From: Vulcanimicrobiota bacterium
GTDB taxonomy: Bacteria > Vulcanimicrobiota > Xenobia > Xenobiales > JADMJV01
Length of the DNA: 64,000 nucleotides
Direction: 5' to 3'
NCBI GenBank assembly: GCA_050250895.1
Contig: JBFWNU010000001.1
Span: 776,008 to 840,007, forward strand
Translations under genes and position numbers: made by a program
Part shown: piece by piece, positions 53,860 to 64,000 of the stretch
Layout: each line of letters opens with the position of its first letter
Numbering within the stretch: the stretch's first letter is position 1
Notes under the pieces: generated by a model
Seen by the model: the letters and a program-made list of their open reading frames with translations, nothing else
Databases searched by the model: none
Told to the model about the DNA's origin: nothing

Positions 53860-55755
53860 TCAGGCTAGTTGGCTTTTCTTCACGGCCTCGCGGAAATAAG
53901 TCCAGGCCCGATTCTTCATCGATTCAGGCCGGTAGCGGGCGCACTCGGGCACCTGCTCCTCAACCAAATCCCACGACTGTGCCCAGGACGCGGCCGCGTC
54001 GAAAGCCTTTTTATGCCCAAGCAGCCGTAATTGGGCATCACACAGCATGGCTAATTCGGCGAAATGGAGCTTCGTTCTCTGCAGCACCGGGGTCAACAGT
54101 GCCTCGGCTTCCTCGAGTCGACCCTGGCGTACCCGAAACACGGCCAACCCGAGGCTGGCCCGAAGGTAGGAAGGGTTAAGGCGATGGTTCCGCTCCAAGA
54201 GCTCCAGCGCGCGCTCCTGCTGCCCCTTTAACTCGGCCACCACGGTAAGGTTGTTGAGCAAATCGGGTGCCTCGGGGACCAATTCGAGAGCCGCGCAGAA
54301 ATGTGCTTCCGCCTCCTCGAGGCGACCTTGTTGGAGGGCCTTCAGGCCGGCGTCCCCCACTTCGGCGACCGGATGAGGGTGAGGCTTGCCATGGCTTTCC
54401 CAGGTTAGCTCGAAACCCATGAGTTGCACAGTAGTCCAGGCGCCAGAACGCCAGAACTTCATTTCGCCCGCCGGAAGCATGCCGGCTTCACGGCAGATCC
54501 TGGCCGCCTTGAGTCTAGCCTGCTCGGAGCCAGTCTGGCCGGTAGCAAACTCGGCCAATCTACGACCTATGTTCGCATCCATCGAGGGCGCGACCAATTC
54601 CAAGAACAGATCGACTGTATCCGGACAACCCCGATCGAGGACGACGGGCAAGAGGCTTCTGAGGGCAGGCACCAGGTCAACGGGTCGTTTGGAACCACTC
54701 AAACCCTCTTTAACTTTCTTCATCTCCGTTTCCGTCAACCAGTTGCTCAAAGAAAACGGCCAGGCCGGCGCGCGCAGGTGGTCGGGCTCTCGGCTGTTGT
54801 CGAGGTTACGCTGGGCGATGGTAAAGCTCGGTTCCAGTTCCAGGCAGTCTCGCCACAAACCGCAAGCCATCTGCCCGTCGCCGAGGCGGGACGAGGCCAC
54901 CGCTGCAAGGTGGAGCAACATAGCGGTGTATTGGCTATGGTCGACCTGCCCAAACAGGTCCAAAATCCCAGTATCATCGCCGAGAAATGCCAGAGCCTCG
55001 GCCGCCTTTGTCCAGGGCAGACAGCCTGACTTTTCTGCCTTCTTTAGCGCCTGAGCCCAATCTAGGGCCTGATCCTTTCGCCCAAGATGGAGTGAGAAGT
55101 GAACCAGGTTGGCCAGGGCATGGATGTTGGTAGGATCCTTGCCGAGCACTGAGAGAGCGGTTCTTTCGGCTTTTTCGACCAGTCCTAGGTGAAACTCGGC
55201 CAGGCTACGGTTGTTCAGGCTCGGAAGATCGTCGGGAAAAGTGCGTAGGGTTGCCTTCGCCAACTGCTCGGCCTGGCGATAGCGCCGCCCATTCAAGAGA
55301 AGCTGCATCTCTTCGTGGGCAGCGGCTCGCTCGACCTCTGCGGCCGTACGAAGGCCTAGTCGCGAGACCGTCTCCGCTAAAGTCTCTGCCCAGACACGAG
55401 CGTCGGGGGCACCGGGCCCATCGGGTTCGATTCTCAGAAATTGCTGGACTTTTTGGTAAGCCCGCGCGTAGCATCGGTGTTGCAGATACCCGGCCGCCAA
55501 CATGAGGTGAACGTCCGGAATCCCGACTTTCAAGCTCTCTATCTGCTGAGCTACCTCGAGTAGGCGGGGGTCCCCAGCTGCTTGCAGTTCTTCGCCAAGT
55601 TCCCACAGCACCCCGCAGAGGTCCCCAGCGTCCTCGTCTTCCCGGCAGTGGTGGGGAAATTCCCGGCGCAGGTAGCCCAGCACCGCGCTGGTCGAGGGAG
55701 CAGCGTTGGTTCGGCGGGACTTCTTGACTCGGCGTCTAGCAATTCTCTTGGACAT
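53860..55755 (-). CDS. TPR-repeat protein
   Basis: Multiple TPR-like units (SLNNRSLA, ALANLVH, PDLLNNL); less GC-biased codon usage than its neighbours. Confidence 0.8.
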   Translation of the reverse strand: MSKRIARRRVKKSRRTNAAPSTSAVLGYLRREFPHHCREDEDAGDLCGVLWELGEELQAAGDPRLLEVAQQIESLKVGIPDVHLMLAAGYLQHRCYARAYQKVQQFLRIEPDGPGAPDARVWAETLAETVSRLGLRTAAEVERAAAHEEMQLLLNGRRYRQAEQLAKATLRTFPDDLPSLNNRSLAEFHLGLVEKAERTALSVLGKDPTNIHALANLVHFSLHLGRKDQALDWAQALKKAEKSGCLPWTKAAEALAFLGDDTGILDLFGQVDHSQYTAMLLHLAAVASSRLGDGQMACGLWRDCLELEPSFTIAQRNLDNSREPDHLRAPAWPFSLSNWLTETEMKKVKEGLSGSKRPVDLVPALRSLLPVVLDRGCPDTVDLFLELVAPSMDANIGRRLAEFATGQTGSEQARLKAARICREAGMLPAGEMKFWRSGAWTTVQLMGFELTWESHGKPHPHPVAEVGDAGLKALQQGRLEEAEAHFCAALELVPEAPDLLNNLTVVAELKGQQERALELLERNHRLNPSYLRASLGLAVFRVRQGRLEEAEALLTPVLQRTKLHFAELAMLCDAQLRLLGHKKAFDAAASWAQSWDLVEEQVPECARYRPESMKNRAWTYFREAVKKSQLA

Positions 55756-55837
55756 AAGCACCTTCCGGTAGTTGAATTATCCTCAAGATTCCACTGTCCT
55801 CCGAAACAAAGTTTCGCCTCTCGCTCGTTAGCTCCGA

Positions 55838-56989
55838 TTAGAGTTCAGGAAGAGGCCCGGCGTAGCGCGCCCGGGGGCGGATCAAGCGGCCGGTGGCGTA
55901 TTGCTCGAGAGCGTGAGCAATCCAGCCGACGGTTCGCCCCAGGGCGAACAGGGCCAGGGGTGCTCCCGGCGGCAGGTCCAGATGACGGGCCAGGGCGACC
56001 AGGCCAAAGTCGATGGTGGGATGATCGCCCAGCACCGCCTGGGCGGCCTCGATCAGTCCTCGGGTCAACTCTGAGTGGGGCTGGCAGAACTCCAGCAGGC
56101 AACGGCCGCGCGGGTCGCCTTCAGGATAAAGGCGATGGCCAAACCCTGGCACTTCTTCGCCCCGGCGCAGGCGTGACTCGATCGCCAGGCGCGGAGAAGA
56201 GCGGCCGGCTTCTTCATAGAGAGCCTCGACGCGATGGGTGTGTCCGCCATGGCGAAAGCCACTCAGAGCGCACATCCCGGCGCTGACCACGTGATAGGGA
56301 GTTGCCCCCGAAGAAGCCACGCAGCGCGCCGTAAAAGCCGAGACGTTGAACTCGTGGTCGGCACACAGAATGAGGGCGGCCTCAAGAGGACGCCGCTGGC
56401 CGGGGGCCCAGGCCCGCGCCAGAGCCTCGGTCAGTTCGCTGTCGACGCCTCTGCCACAGGCCACTCCCACCAGCGCCGACAGGATGCGGGCCCCGGTTCG
56501 GCGGACCCCCTCCGGGCGCAGGTCGAACGAGGCCAGGTCGCTCTGGCTCAGCCAGGGCAAGACCAGGCGGAAGGCCTCGAAGGGAATGGCACCCTCAAGC
56601 CGCTCCAGCAACCACGGATCGAATTCGACCACCTGAGGGCGATAGTCTCCCCAGAGCAATTCCACCACCTCCTCGAGACTGGCCTGGCGAGCCAGACGCT
56701 GGGCGTCACGACCGCGATAAAAGAGGCGTCCGTTGTCGATCAGGGTCAGTTCCGAGTCGCACACCGGCCCACCCCAATAGAGCGCCTCGGCCAGGGCTTG
56801 CTCGGGTTGGCGCCGTTCTTGTTTGCGGGCCAACAGAGCCTCGACATCAGCTCGGCGGTAGCGACGACGCCGCTTTACGGGGTCGGGCTCAGAACTGAGC
56901 ATGCCGCGACTGACATAGGCGTAGAGCGTCGATACCGAGATACCCAGCCGCGAGGCAGCCTGGGAAGCGGTCAGATACTCACTTGACAT
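55838..56989 (-). CDS. Excisionase/MerR-type HTH fused to a citrate synthase domain (putative regulator)
   Basis: YLTASQAASRLGISVSTLYAYVSRGML; ADHEFNVSAFTAR, GFRHGG, PGFGHRLY, RPRARY. Confidence 0.9.
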   Translation of the reverse strand: MSSEYLTASQAASRLGISVSTLYAYVSRGMLSSEPDPVKRRRRYRRADVEALLARKQERRQPEQALAEALYWGGPVCDSELTLIDNGRLFYRGRDAQRLARQASLEEVVELLWGDYRPQVVEFDPWLLERLEGAIPFEAFRLVLPWLSQSDLASFDLRPEGVRRTGARILSALVGVACGRGVDSELTEALARAWAPGQRRPLEAALILCADHEFNVSAFTARCVASSGATPYHVVSAGMCALSGFRHGGHTHRVEALYEEAGRSSPRLAIESRLRRGEEVPGFGHRLYPEGDPRGRCLLEFCQPHSELTRGLIEAAQAVLGDHPTIDFGLVALARHLDLPPGAPLALFALGRTVGWIAHALEQYATGRLIRPRARYAGPLPEL

Positions 56990-57038
56990 ATTGATTTATT
57001 GATCAAGATTGACCACATAACCTGCTTACCTCTAGGAT
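56983..57038. promoter_or_regulatory. Divergent promoter with four TTGA(C/T) repeats
   Basis: TTGAC 56983, TTGAT 56991, TTGAT 56999, TTGAC 57009; TTGACC-18 nt-TAGGAT then ATG 57045. Confidence 0.55.
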
Positions 57039-57044
57039 GGGAGC

Positions 57045-58049
57045 ATGGGATCAGGACTTGAAGGCGTGGTGGTGGCCGACACCACCTTGAGCCGCGTAGA
57101 CGGCGCCGCCGGCAAATTGGTCATCGCCGGCCATCATCTAGAAGAACTTGCCCCGCGTGGATTCGAGACGGCAGCCGAGGTGTTGCTGGGCTTGTCAGGA
57201 CTGGGTGAAGCGAGAGTGCGAGTGTGGCAGAAGCTGCAATCGGTATTGCCCCTTCTGCCCGGGCGCACGCCTCTCGAGGGCTTGAGAATGGGCCTGGCGG
57301 CCCTGGCCGGACCGCTCGGCGAGGCCGAGGTGGTAGCCGCCTTTCCCGTCATTCTGGCCGGCGTTCGCCACGGGGCGGCCCTGCCCCGCCCCGATGCGAA
57401 CCTGGGTCAGGTAGAGGACTTTCTGCGCCTCTACGGCCACAGCAGTCCCGACCGGGTGAGCGGGCTATCCACCTATCTCGCCACCGTCAGCGAGCATGGC
57501 ATGAACGCCTCGACCTTCACCGCCAGAGTGGTGGCCTCGACGGGAGCGGAACTGCTCGATGCCGTGCTGGCGGCCCTGGGTGCCCTGAGCGGGCCCCTGC
57601 ACGGAGGGGCGCCCGGCCCCGTACTCGACCTGCTCGATGAGCTTGAGGGTGAGTCCGACCTGGAGGCAGCCCTGCAAGCCCGCCTGGAGGCGGGTCAGCG
57701 CCTGATGGGATTTGGGCACAGGATTTATCGTACCCGCGACCCCCGCGCCTCGGTGCTAAAGCAGGCGGTGGCCCAGCTCGCCGATAGCCCCCGGCTGCGC
57801 TGGGCAGAGAAGGTCGAAAAGGCGGCCCTGGCCGTGTTGGCGCGTCACAAACCCGACCGACGCCTGGAGACGAACGTCGAGTTCTACACGGCCGTCTTGC
57901 TCGAGGCGGTGGGGTTTGACCGCAACATGTTCACGCCTCTGTTCGCCACCGGGCGAGTGCTGGGTTGGACCGCCCATTATCACGAGCAGCGACGGGGCGG
58001 TCGCCTGATCCGCCCTGACTCGCGCTACGTGGGACCTGAGCCCGAATAG
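57045..58049 (+). CDS. Citrate synthase / methylcitrate synthase family protein
   Basis: GLEGVV, EHGMNASTFTARV, GPLHGGA, MGFGHRIY, NVEFY, LIRP. Confidence 0.93.
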   Translation: MGSGLEGVVVADTTLSRVDGAAGKLVIAGHHLEELAPRGFETAAEVLLGLSGLGEARVRVWQKLQSVLPLLPGRTPLEGLRMGLAALAGPLGEAEVVAAFPVILAGVRHGAALPRPDANLGQVEDFLRLYGHSSPDRVSGLSTYLATVSEHGMNASTFTARVVASTGAELLDAVLAALGALSGPLHGGAPGPVLDLLDELEGESDLEAALQARLEAGQRLMGFGHRIYRTRDPRASVLKQAVAQLADSPRLRWAEKVEKAALAVLARHKPDRRLETNVEFYTAVLLEAVGFDRNMFTPLFATGRVLGWTAHYHEQRRGGRLIRPDSRYVGPEPE

Positions 58050-58315
58050 TTCTTGTTGAGATACTCGAGGATCTTCTTGCGCTCGGCGGGGCTTGGCTTG
58101 GCCCCGTATTTTTCCATCTTCGAGACTTCTTTCTCCCAGCCCGCCTGGTCAAGAAAAGGCGAATTCATCGGAATGTAGTCGAGGCTGTGGCAGATGGAGC
58201 AATGGATGAAGACCTGACGTTGCCCCTCGCCCTGCTTGAGCTTGATAGACCCCTCGCCGGCCCCCACGGGATAAGTCAGGAGGGCCAACATCAGGCTGGC
58301 CATGACATATCTCAT
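58025..58315 (-). CDS. sorB: Small monoheme cytochrome c (SorB-like)
   Basis: Signal peptide; CSICHSLDYI; WEKEVSKM; directly downstream of sorA. Confidence 0.85.
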   Translation of the reverse strand: MRYVMASLMLALLTYPVGAGEGSIKLKQGEGQRQVFIHCSICHSLDYIPMNSPFLDQAGWEKEVSKMEKYGAKPSPAERKKILEYLNKNYSGSGPT

Positions 58316-59487
58316 TGGATGCGCACCTCCACTTCGTGCACGACGTTATGGTGATAACCGGCCGCGTTCCAAAGGGCTTTGGTCACCTGAGTCTGGCCGA
58401 TCTTGTTGGTGGCGCGAGCCATCAAATGCAGCTTGCCGGCATGGGTAGACAGCCTCAGGTTGAACGGTTGAAACGAGTAAGGGCCCTGGTTCTTCTCGAG
58501 CGTGGCGCGTTTCCAGGACCGTCCCAGATCATCCGAGATCTCGACGGTTTCGATGCCGTAGCCGCCATCCCAGGCCAATCCTCGCACCACCAGCTTTCCG
58601 CTGCGAAGATTGGCCCCGCTCTCGGGAGCGGTGATGAGCGAGTTGACCATGATCTCGGTAATGGGGGTCTTGCCGTCTTTTTCCTGGGTGGGAAAGTCCT
58701 GGTTGACCGGAAACAGACCGGCCGGTATGCGATAGGCCGGATCCATCCAGAAGTTGGCCAGGGGGGCGGTCAAGAACTCTATCGAGTCAAGCTGCTTGAT
58801 CCAATAGGTGGCCGTCCAACCGGGCACCACCAACCTGGCCGGAAAGCCGTTCCAATGCGGCAGCGCCTCGCCATTCATCTCGAAAGCGACCAGCACGTTC
58901 TCGTCTAAGGCCCGGCTCAAGGGCAGGCTCTTGGCAAAGTCGGGTGTGGCTTTGTGGACCGGCCGGTCGGCGCCGGCGAAGGCTACCTCGACGACCCCGT
59001 CTTTGACCTGGGCCTTCTGGAGCAGGTCGGCCAGGCGCACGCCCTTCCACCGGGCGTTGCCCATCGCTCCATAACCCCACTGCACGCCGGGAACGTGCGG
59101 AGCCGACAGTCCACGCCGGTTGCCCGAGCACTGACAGACTGCCGTCACCTCGTAGAGGTTGAAGTCCTGGCGCAATTGCTCGAGGGTGAACTCTTGCGGC
59201 TTGGCGCAGGCGCCACCGATCTTCAGCTTCCACTTCTCCGCCTTGACGCGAGGAATGCCGGAAAGATGCCAGCGCACGAAAAAAGCATCGTTGGGAGTGA
59301 TCTCTTGCTGAAAGTAGTTGAGCGGAGTCTCGTAGTTCGGGGGCCGAAAGCTTCGCTTGATCAACGGCTTCTTGCCGGCCAGCGTCTCCATCGAGGCGGT
59401 CTCGAGCGCTCCGCTGGGCATCCCCTCGGCCCAGACCGGCGCGGACGCCAGGGCCAGGCCGGCTAGCAAAAATCTCCGTCGGTCCAC
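58312..59487 (-). CDS. sorA: Sulfite oxidase family molybdoenzyme (SorA-like) with Tat signal
   Basis: RRRFLL Tat motif; FFVRWH, CQCSGNRR, NGFPARLVVPGW, WNAAGY. Confidence 0.9.
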   Translation of the reverse strand: MDRRRFLLAGLALASAPVWAEGMPSGALETASMETLAGKKPLIKRSFRPPNYETPLNYFQQEITPNDAFFVRWHLSGIPRVKAEKWKLKIGGACAKPQEFTLEQLRQDFNLYEVTAVCQCSGNRRGLSAPHVPGVQWGYGAMGNARWKGVRLADLLQKAQVKDGVVEVAFAGADRPVHKATPDFAKSLPLSRALDENVLVAFEMNGEALPHWNGFPARLVVPGWTATYWIKQLDSIEFLTAPLANFWMDPAYRIPAGLFPVNQDFPTQEKDGKTPITEIMVNSLITAPESGANLRSGKLVVRGLAWDGGYGIETVEISDDLGRSWKRATLEKNQGPYSFQPFNLRLSTHAGKLHLMARATNKIGQTQVTKALWNAAGYHHNVVHEVEVRIQ

Positions 59488-59544
59488 CCCTCCCCTTTCG
59501 CTAAGCCTGGTTACCGTCCTAGGCTCCTCGTGAAATTCGTCCGG

Positions 59545-60120
59545 CTAGCTCAACTTCGTGAGCAACTGGGTCAACCCTCGACCCAGGTCTTGAATCGAGA
59601 CCTGGCGGCCGCCGTCCAACAACTGACCATCTTCCCCAAAGGCCGAACCGGCCCCGGAGACGGCCACCTGTTTCGGGGTGACATGAACTCCTAGATTCGA
59701 CAGCAGCAGCCGGAAAATGGGCAACCCGCGCAACCCCCCCAGGCCACCCGGCGAGGCGCTCATGATGGTGGCGTATTTGCCAGAAAAGGCGAACAGAGAT
59801 GGCTTTCCCTCGACCGGGCGCGAGATCCAATCGATGGCGTTCTTGAGCACTCCCGGCATCATGCTGTTGTACTCGGGGCACGAAATCAAGAAACCGTCTT
59901 GCTTCTCGAACAGGGCCTGCAGAAGCAGGGCGTTTTCGGGCAAGCCGCTGGAGGCCTCGATGTCACCGTCATAGAGCGGCAGGGGATAGTCGCGCAAGTT
60001 GACCCGGGTGACTTCGGCACCGGCCTCTTCAGCGGCTGCGGCCGCGATCAAGACGAGTTTGGAGTTGAAAGATTCTTTTCTCAGGCTACCCGAGAAGGCG
60101 AGGATTCTTGGCTTTGACAT
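59545..60120 (-). CDS. NADPH-dependent FMN reductase
   Basis: GSLRKESFN, PEYNSMMPGVLKNAIDWISR, SPGGLGG. Confidence 0.93.
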   Translation of the reverse strand: MSKPRILAFSGSLRKESFNSKLVLIAAAAAEEAGAEVTRVNLRDYPLPLYDGDIEASSGLPENALLLQALFEKQDGFLISCPEYNSMMPGVLKNAIDWISRPVEGKPSLFAFSGKYATIMSASPGGLGGLRGLPIFRLLLSNLGVHVTPKQVAVSGAGSAFGEDGQLLDGGRQVSIQDLGRGLTQLLTKLS

Positions 60121-60422
60121 CCGCGCCCAATTTTGCGCGTCTCACGAGTGTCCCTCCAGCCCGACAGGATTGCCTGAGCCAGAGGTTGCCCGGCTAGCGA
60201 AGAGACCACCACCACATAGCGGCCATCGCGTGAAAGAGGTTGTTCCCAGACGGCCCGGCCCCAGACCGAGACGCGCTCGCAACCCTGGCTCATCTCCAGT
60301 TCGAGCAATTCGTCGCCGAGCGGCTGGCTGCACAGAAGATTGATGCCGTGAACCGTCCAGCCGAGAAATTCCGGATGATAACCCTGGCCGACTACCCTCA
60401 CCTGAATTCCACTGCACTCCAT
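60081..60422 (-). CDS. Degenerate PilZ-like domain protein
   Basis: AGGAGG RBS; ERVSVWGRAVWEQ beta pattern; RxxxR motif absent. Confidence 0.55.
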   Translation of the reverse strand: MECSGIQVRVVGQGYHPEFLGWTVHGINLLCSQPLGDELLELEMSQGCERVSVWGRAVWEQPLSRDGRYVVVVSSLAGQPLAQAILSGWRDTRETRKIGRGCQSQESSPSRVA

Positions 60423-60578
60423 GGCGCCTCCTGTTACGCATTAACTCTAGCACGCTGGCCCCGGGACGAAATGTGATCCCGTTCACAAAGACGGGGAAAA
60501 GTCTCTTGCCGCCGAAGTCTTCCCGCACGTGAAACTTCTCGGGGAAGTCTCTGCTCGGGTCGGAGTGGAAGGGCCGCG

Positions 60579-61508
60579 ATGAGCGATATCATCACTGGCT
60601 CGGAAAGCTGGCTTGGCACCTGGTTCAAAGATCCGACCGTAACCAAGCTCATCGTGCTCGCTGTGGGCCTACTCCTGATCCAGTTCGTGGTGAAACTGTC
60701 CCATCGAGCGGTCAACCGTCAACTCGAGAGCGCCGAAGCAGCCCGGACCACCAAGCGACTGCTCAGCCTTCTGGGCTACCTGGTTGCCCTGCTGCTGGTC
60801 ACCTCGGTCTTTCGCGATAAACTGGGCGGAATCACGGTGGCTTTTGGAGTGGCGGGAGCCGGCATCGCCCTCGCGCTGCAAGAGGTTATCGCCAGCGTGG
60901 CCGGCTGGCTCGCCATCAGCCTGGGCGGATTCTACAAAGTGGGCGACCGAGTGCTGCTGGGTGGTATCCGTGGCGACGTGATCAACATCGGTGTCGTACG
61001 GACCACCATGATGGAACTGGGCGACTGGGTCAAAGGCGATCTCTACAACGGCCGGATCGTGCGAGTGGCGAACAGCTTCGTGTTCAAAGAGCCTGTCTAC
61101 AACTACTCGGGAGACTTCCCTTTTTTGTGGGACGAGCTGACCCTGCCCATCAAATACGGATGCGACTGGAAGCTCTTCGAGAAGGTCCTGGGCGAGGTTG
61201 CCCTCGAGGTGGTCGGCGACTACGTCGACGAGGCCGAGAAGAGCTGGCGACAGATGGTCAAGAACTACGCCATCGAAAACGCCGTGGTCGAGCCGATGGT
61301 CTCGATGGTCGCCAATGACAACTGGATCGAGTTCACCCTGCGCTACGTGGTCGACTTCAAACGCCGCCGAGGCACCAAAACGCTGCTTTTTCGTCGCATC
61401 CTGGAAGAAATCGAAAAGCGTCCCGAACAGCTGGCTATCGCCTCGGCCACCTTCCACCTGGTCGAGACCCCGACCCTCCACGTCAGCCTGACCCCGGTCG
61501 AAACCTAA
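60579..61508 (+). CDS. mscS: Small-conductance mechanosensitive channel family protein
   Basis: GVAGAGIALALQE, YKVGDRV, GDVINIG, VYNYS. Confidence 0.93.
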   Translation: MSDIITGSESWLGTWFKDPTVTKLIVLAVGLLLIQFVVKLSHRAVNRQLESAEAARTTKRLLSLLGYLVALLLVTSVFRDKLGGITVAFGVAGAGIALALQEVIASVAGWLAISLGGFYKVGDRVLLGGIRGDVINIGVVRTTMMELGDWVKGDLYNGRIVRVANSFVFKEPVYNYSGDFPFLWDELTLPIKYGCDWKLFEKVLGEVALEVVGDYVDEAEKSWRQMVKNYAIENAVVEPMVSMVANDNWIEFTLRYVVDFKRRRGTKTLLFRRILEEIEKRPEQLAIASATFHLVETPTLHVSLTPVET

Positions 61509-62218
61509 CGCAACAACACGGCCAGGTAGCTGTCGATCAGGCCGGCCGTCTGTTCGGAGATACTCTCGAACTCGACCCCGTGCTGAAAGAGCTTGCCCGA
61601 TTTGCGAACCAACACGACCCGCGCCCGCACGGTGAAGCAGGGCAGGTCCTCGAGGGGGCCAATCTCCACATCCACCACGGTTCCGCGCCCAAAATTGCGT
61701 TGACCCTCGATGAGTGCCCCACCCGGCCCCAGGTCGTAGATGCGCCCCTCATAGGAATGGCCATTGTCGCTGCGCACCTGGGTGGGGAGAAAGCAAGCCG
61801 CTCTCACCAGTTTGCGCTTCTGGTTGGCTCGCTGGCCGCGATAGCCCAGTTGGCGCAGTCGCGTGCCCACCCAGGTTTTCTCGAGCTCGGCCTCTTCGGC
61901 TTCAAACCCCAGGCCAACCAGCGTAGAGGAGTCACCATCGAGCTTGCGGGTCCAGAGCACCCGGACCGCGGCCGGCTCGGACTTGGAGGTGTGCTCGAGT
62001 TCAAGCATCTGGCCGGGCTTGGGCGGAATGAAACAGCTGAGCTTGAGCCCCTTGGGACCCAGGTCGAGCACGGTCGCGCTCAGACGCTCACCATCGTGTC
62101 GAAAGTGAACCTCGAAGTCGCAGACAAAGCGAACCTCTTGACGCCGCTCACGAAAATCCCATTCGGCCGGGGCGGCGCCCACCAGAGTCCGGATCCCATC
62201 AAGAAACCCCCGTAGCAT
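61505..62218 (-). CDS. Tandem PilZ domain protein
   Basis: ERRQEVR...DLGPKG and KRKLVR...DLGPGG. Confidence 0.85.
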   Translation of the reverse strand: MLRGFLDGIRTLVGAAPAEWDFRERRQEVRFVCDFEVHFRHDGERLSATVLDLGPKGLKLSCFIPPKPGQMLELEHTSKSEPAAVRVLWTRKLDGDSSTLVGLGFEAEEAELEKTWVGTRLRQLGYRGQRANQKRKLVRAACFLPTQVRSDNGHSYEGRIYDLGPGGALIEGQRNFGRGTVVDVEIGPLEDLPCFTVRARVVLVRKSGKLFQHGVEFESISEQTAGLIDSYLAVLLR

Positions 62219-62242
62219 CCTAAAAAATTCCGGGAGTCTCCC

Positions 62243-62557
62243 TCACGCTCCTTCGACTACCGGGCCAAAAATCGCCCAGACGGTCAGATCCTGGCTAAAA
62301 TCCTCGAACTGATGTGGAGCGCCCGCCTCGACATAGAGCATGTCACCGGGCTCGAACAGACAGACCTCGTCGCGGACCCGCAACTTACCCGAGCCCTTGA
62401 TCACCACATAGACCTCGTCCTCGCGATGGGGCTGCTGGGGGTCGTAGCCTTTGGGGGCATAGAGCACGGCCCGCAGATTCTGATGCCGAAAGGCCTCGAC
62501 GAAACGTTCGCCTTGCTCGGGCAACTTCTGTGCCAGGTCATCGACCCGATACCTCAT
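62243..62557 (-). CDS. Cupin domain protein
   Basis: QQPHREDEVYVVIKGSG, GDMLYVEAGAPHQF; GGAGG RBS. Confidence 0.9.
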   Translation of the reverse strand: MRYRVDDLAQKLPEQGERFVEAFRHQNLRAVLYAPKGYDPQQPHREDEVYVVIKGSGKLRVRDEVCLFEPGDMLYVEAGAPHQFEDFSQDLTVWAIFGPVVEGA

Positions 62558-62571
62558 GGTGACCTCCAAAG

Positions 62572-62603
62572 AAAAAAGCCCCGGCCGAAGCCGGGGCTCT
62601 TTC
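62572..62603 (-). terminator. Intrinsic terminator of groEL
   Basis: gccccggc-ttcg-gccggggc followed by a T run on the minus strand. Confidence 0.85.
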
Positions 62604-62613
62604 TAGCCGTTGA

Positions 62614-63999
<1,386 letters not shown>

Positions 64000-64000
64000 C

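Noticed and set aside
55838-56989. Prophage excisionase
   Set aside because: The HTH is fused to a citrate synthase domain, and no integrase or phage genes are nearby.

Overview
64-kb GC-rich bacterial chromosomal window, densely coding (about 60 CDS). I found no rRNA, tRNA, CRISPR array or intact mobile element. The gene style (SLH-anchored outer-membrane protein, Ser/Thr kinase fused to a periplasmic binding domain, several PilZ proteins, FHA-cyclase) suggests a diderm Terrabacteria lineage such as Ca. Eremiobacterota; this is inference only. Housekeeping content: NAD-glutamate dehydrogenase, dinB, RlmL-type methyltransferase, msrB, a leucine-catabolism cluster (methylcrotonyl-CoA carboxylase, HMG-CoA lyase), cinA, citrate synthase with an HTH-citrate synthase regulator, SorAB-type sulfite dehydrogenase, MscS and groEL. 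Main finding: four promoters between 41.4 and 48.4 kb share the exact layout TCAAG-N6-TCAAG-N10-TAnnnT, the geometry of SARP-activated promoters. They flank an operon encoding a degenerate His kinase, a degenerate Ser/Thr kinase-sensor and a REC-SARP/BTAD regulator. They would drive a ~57-nt sRNA candidate, an N-terminally extended NDH-2-like enzyme and two small membrane proteins. Those two belong to a dispersed set of signal-peptide-less proteins sharing an N-terminal [DE][ST][FY]xP motif, a possible export signal. Also noted: a second sRNA candidate, a 26-bp hairpin tandem repeat, an internally deleted VapC toxin, an ATT start codon and several probable pseudo-enzymes.
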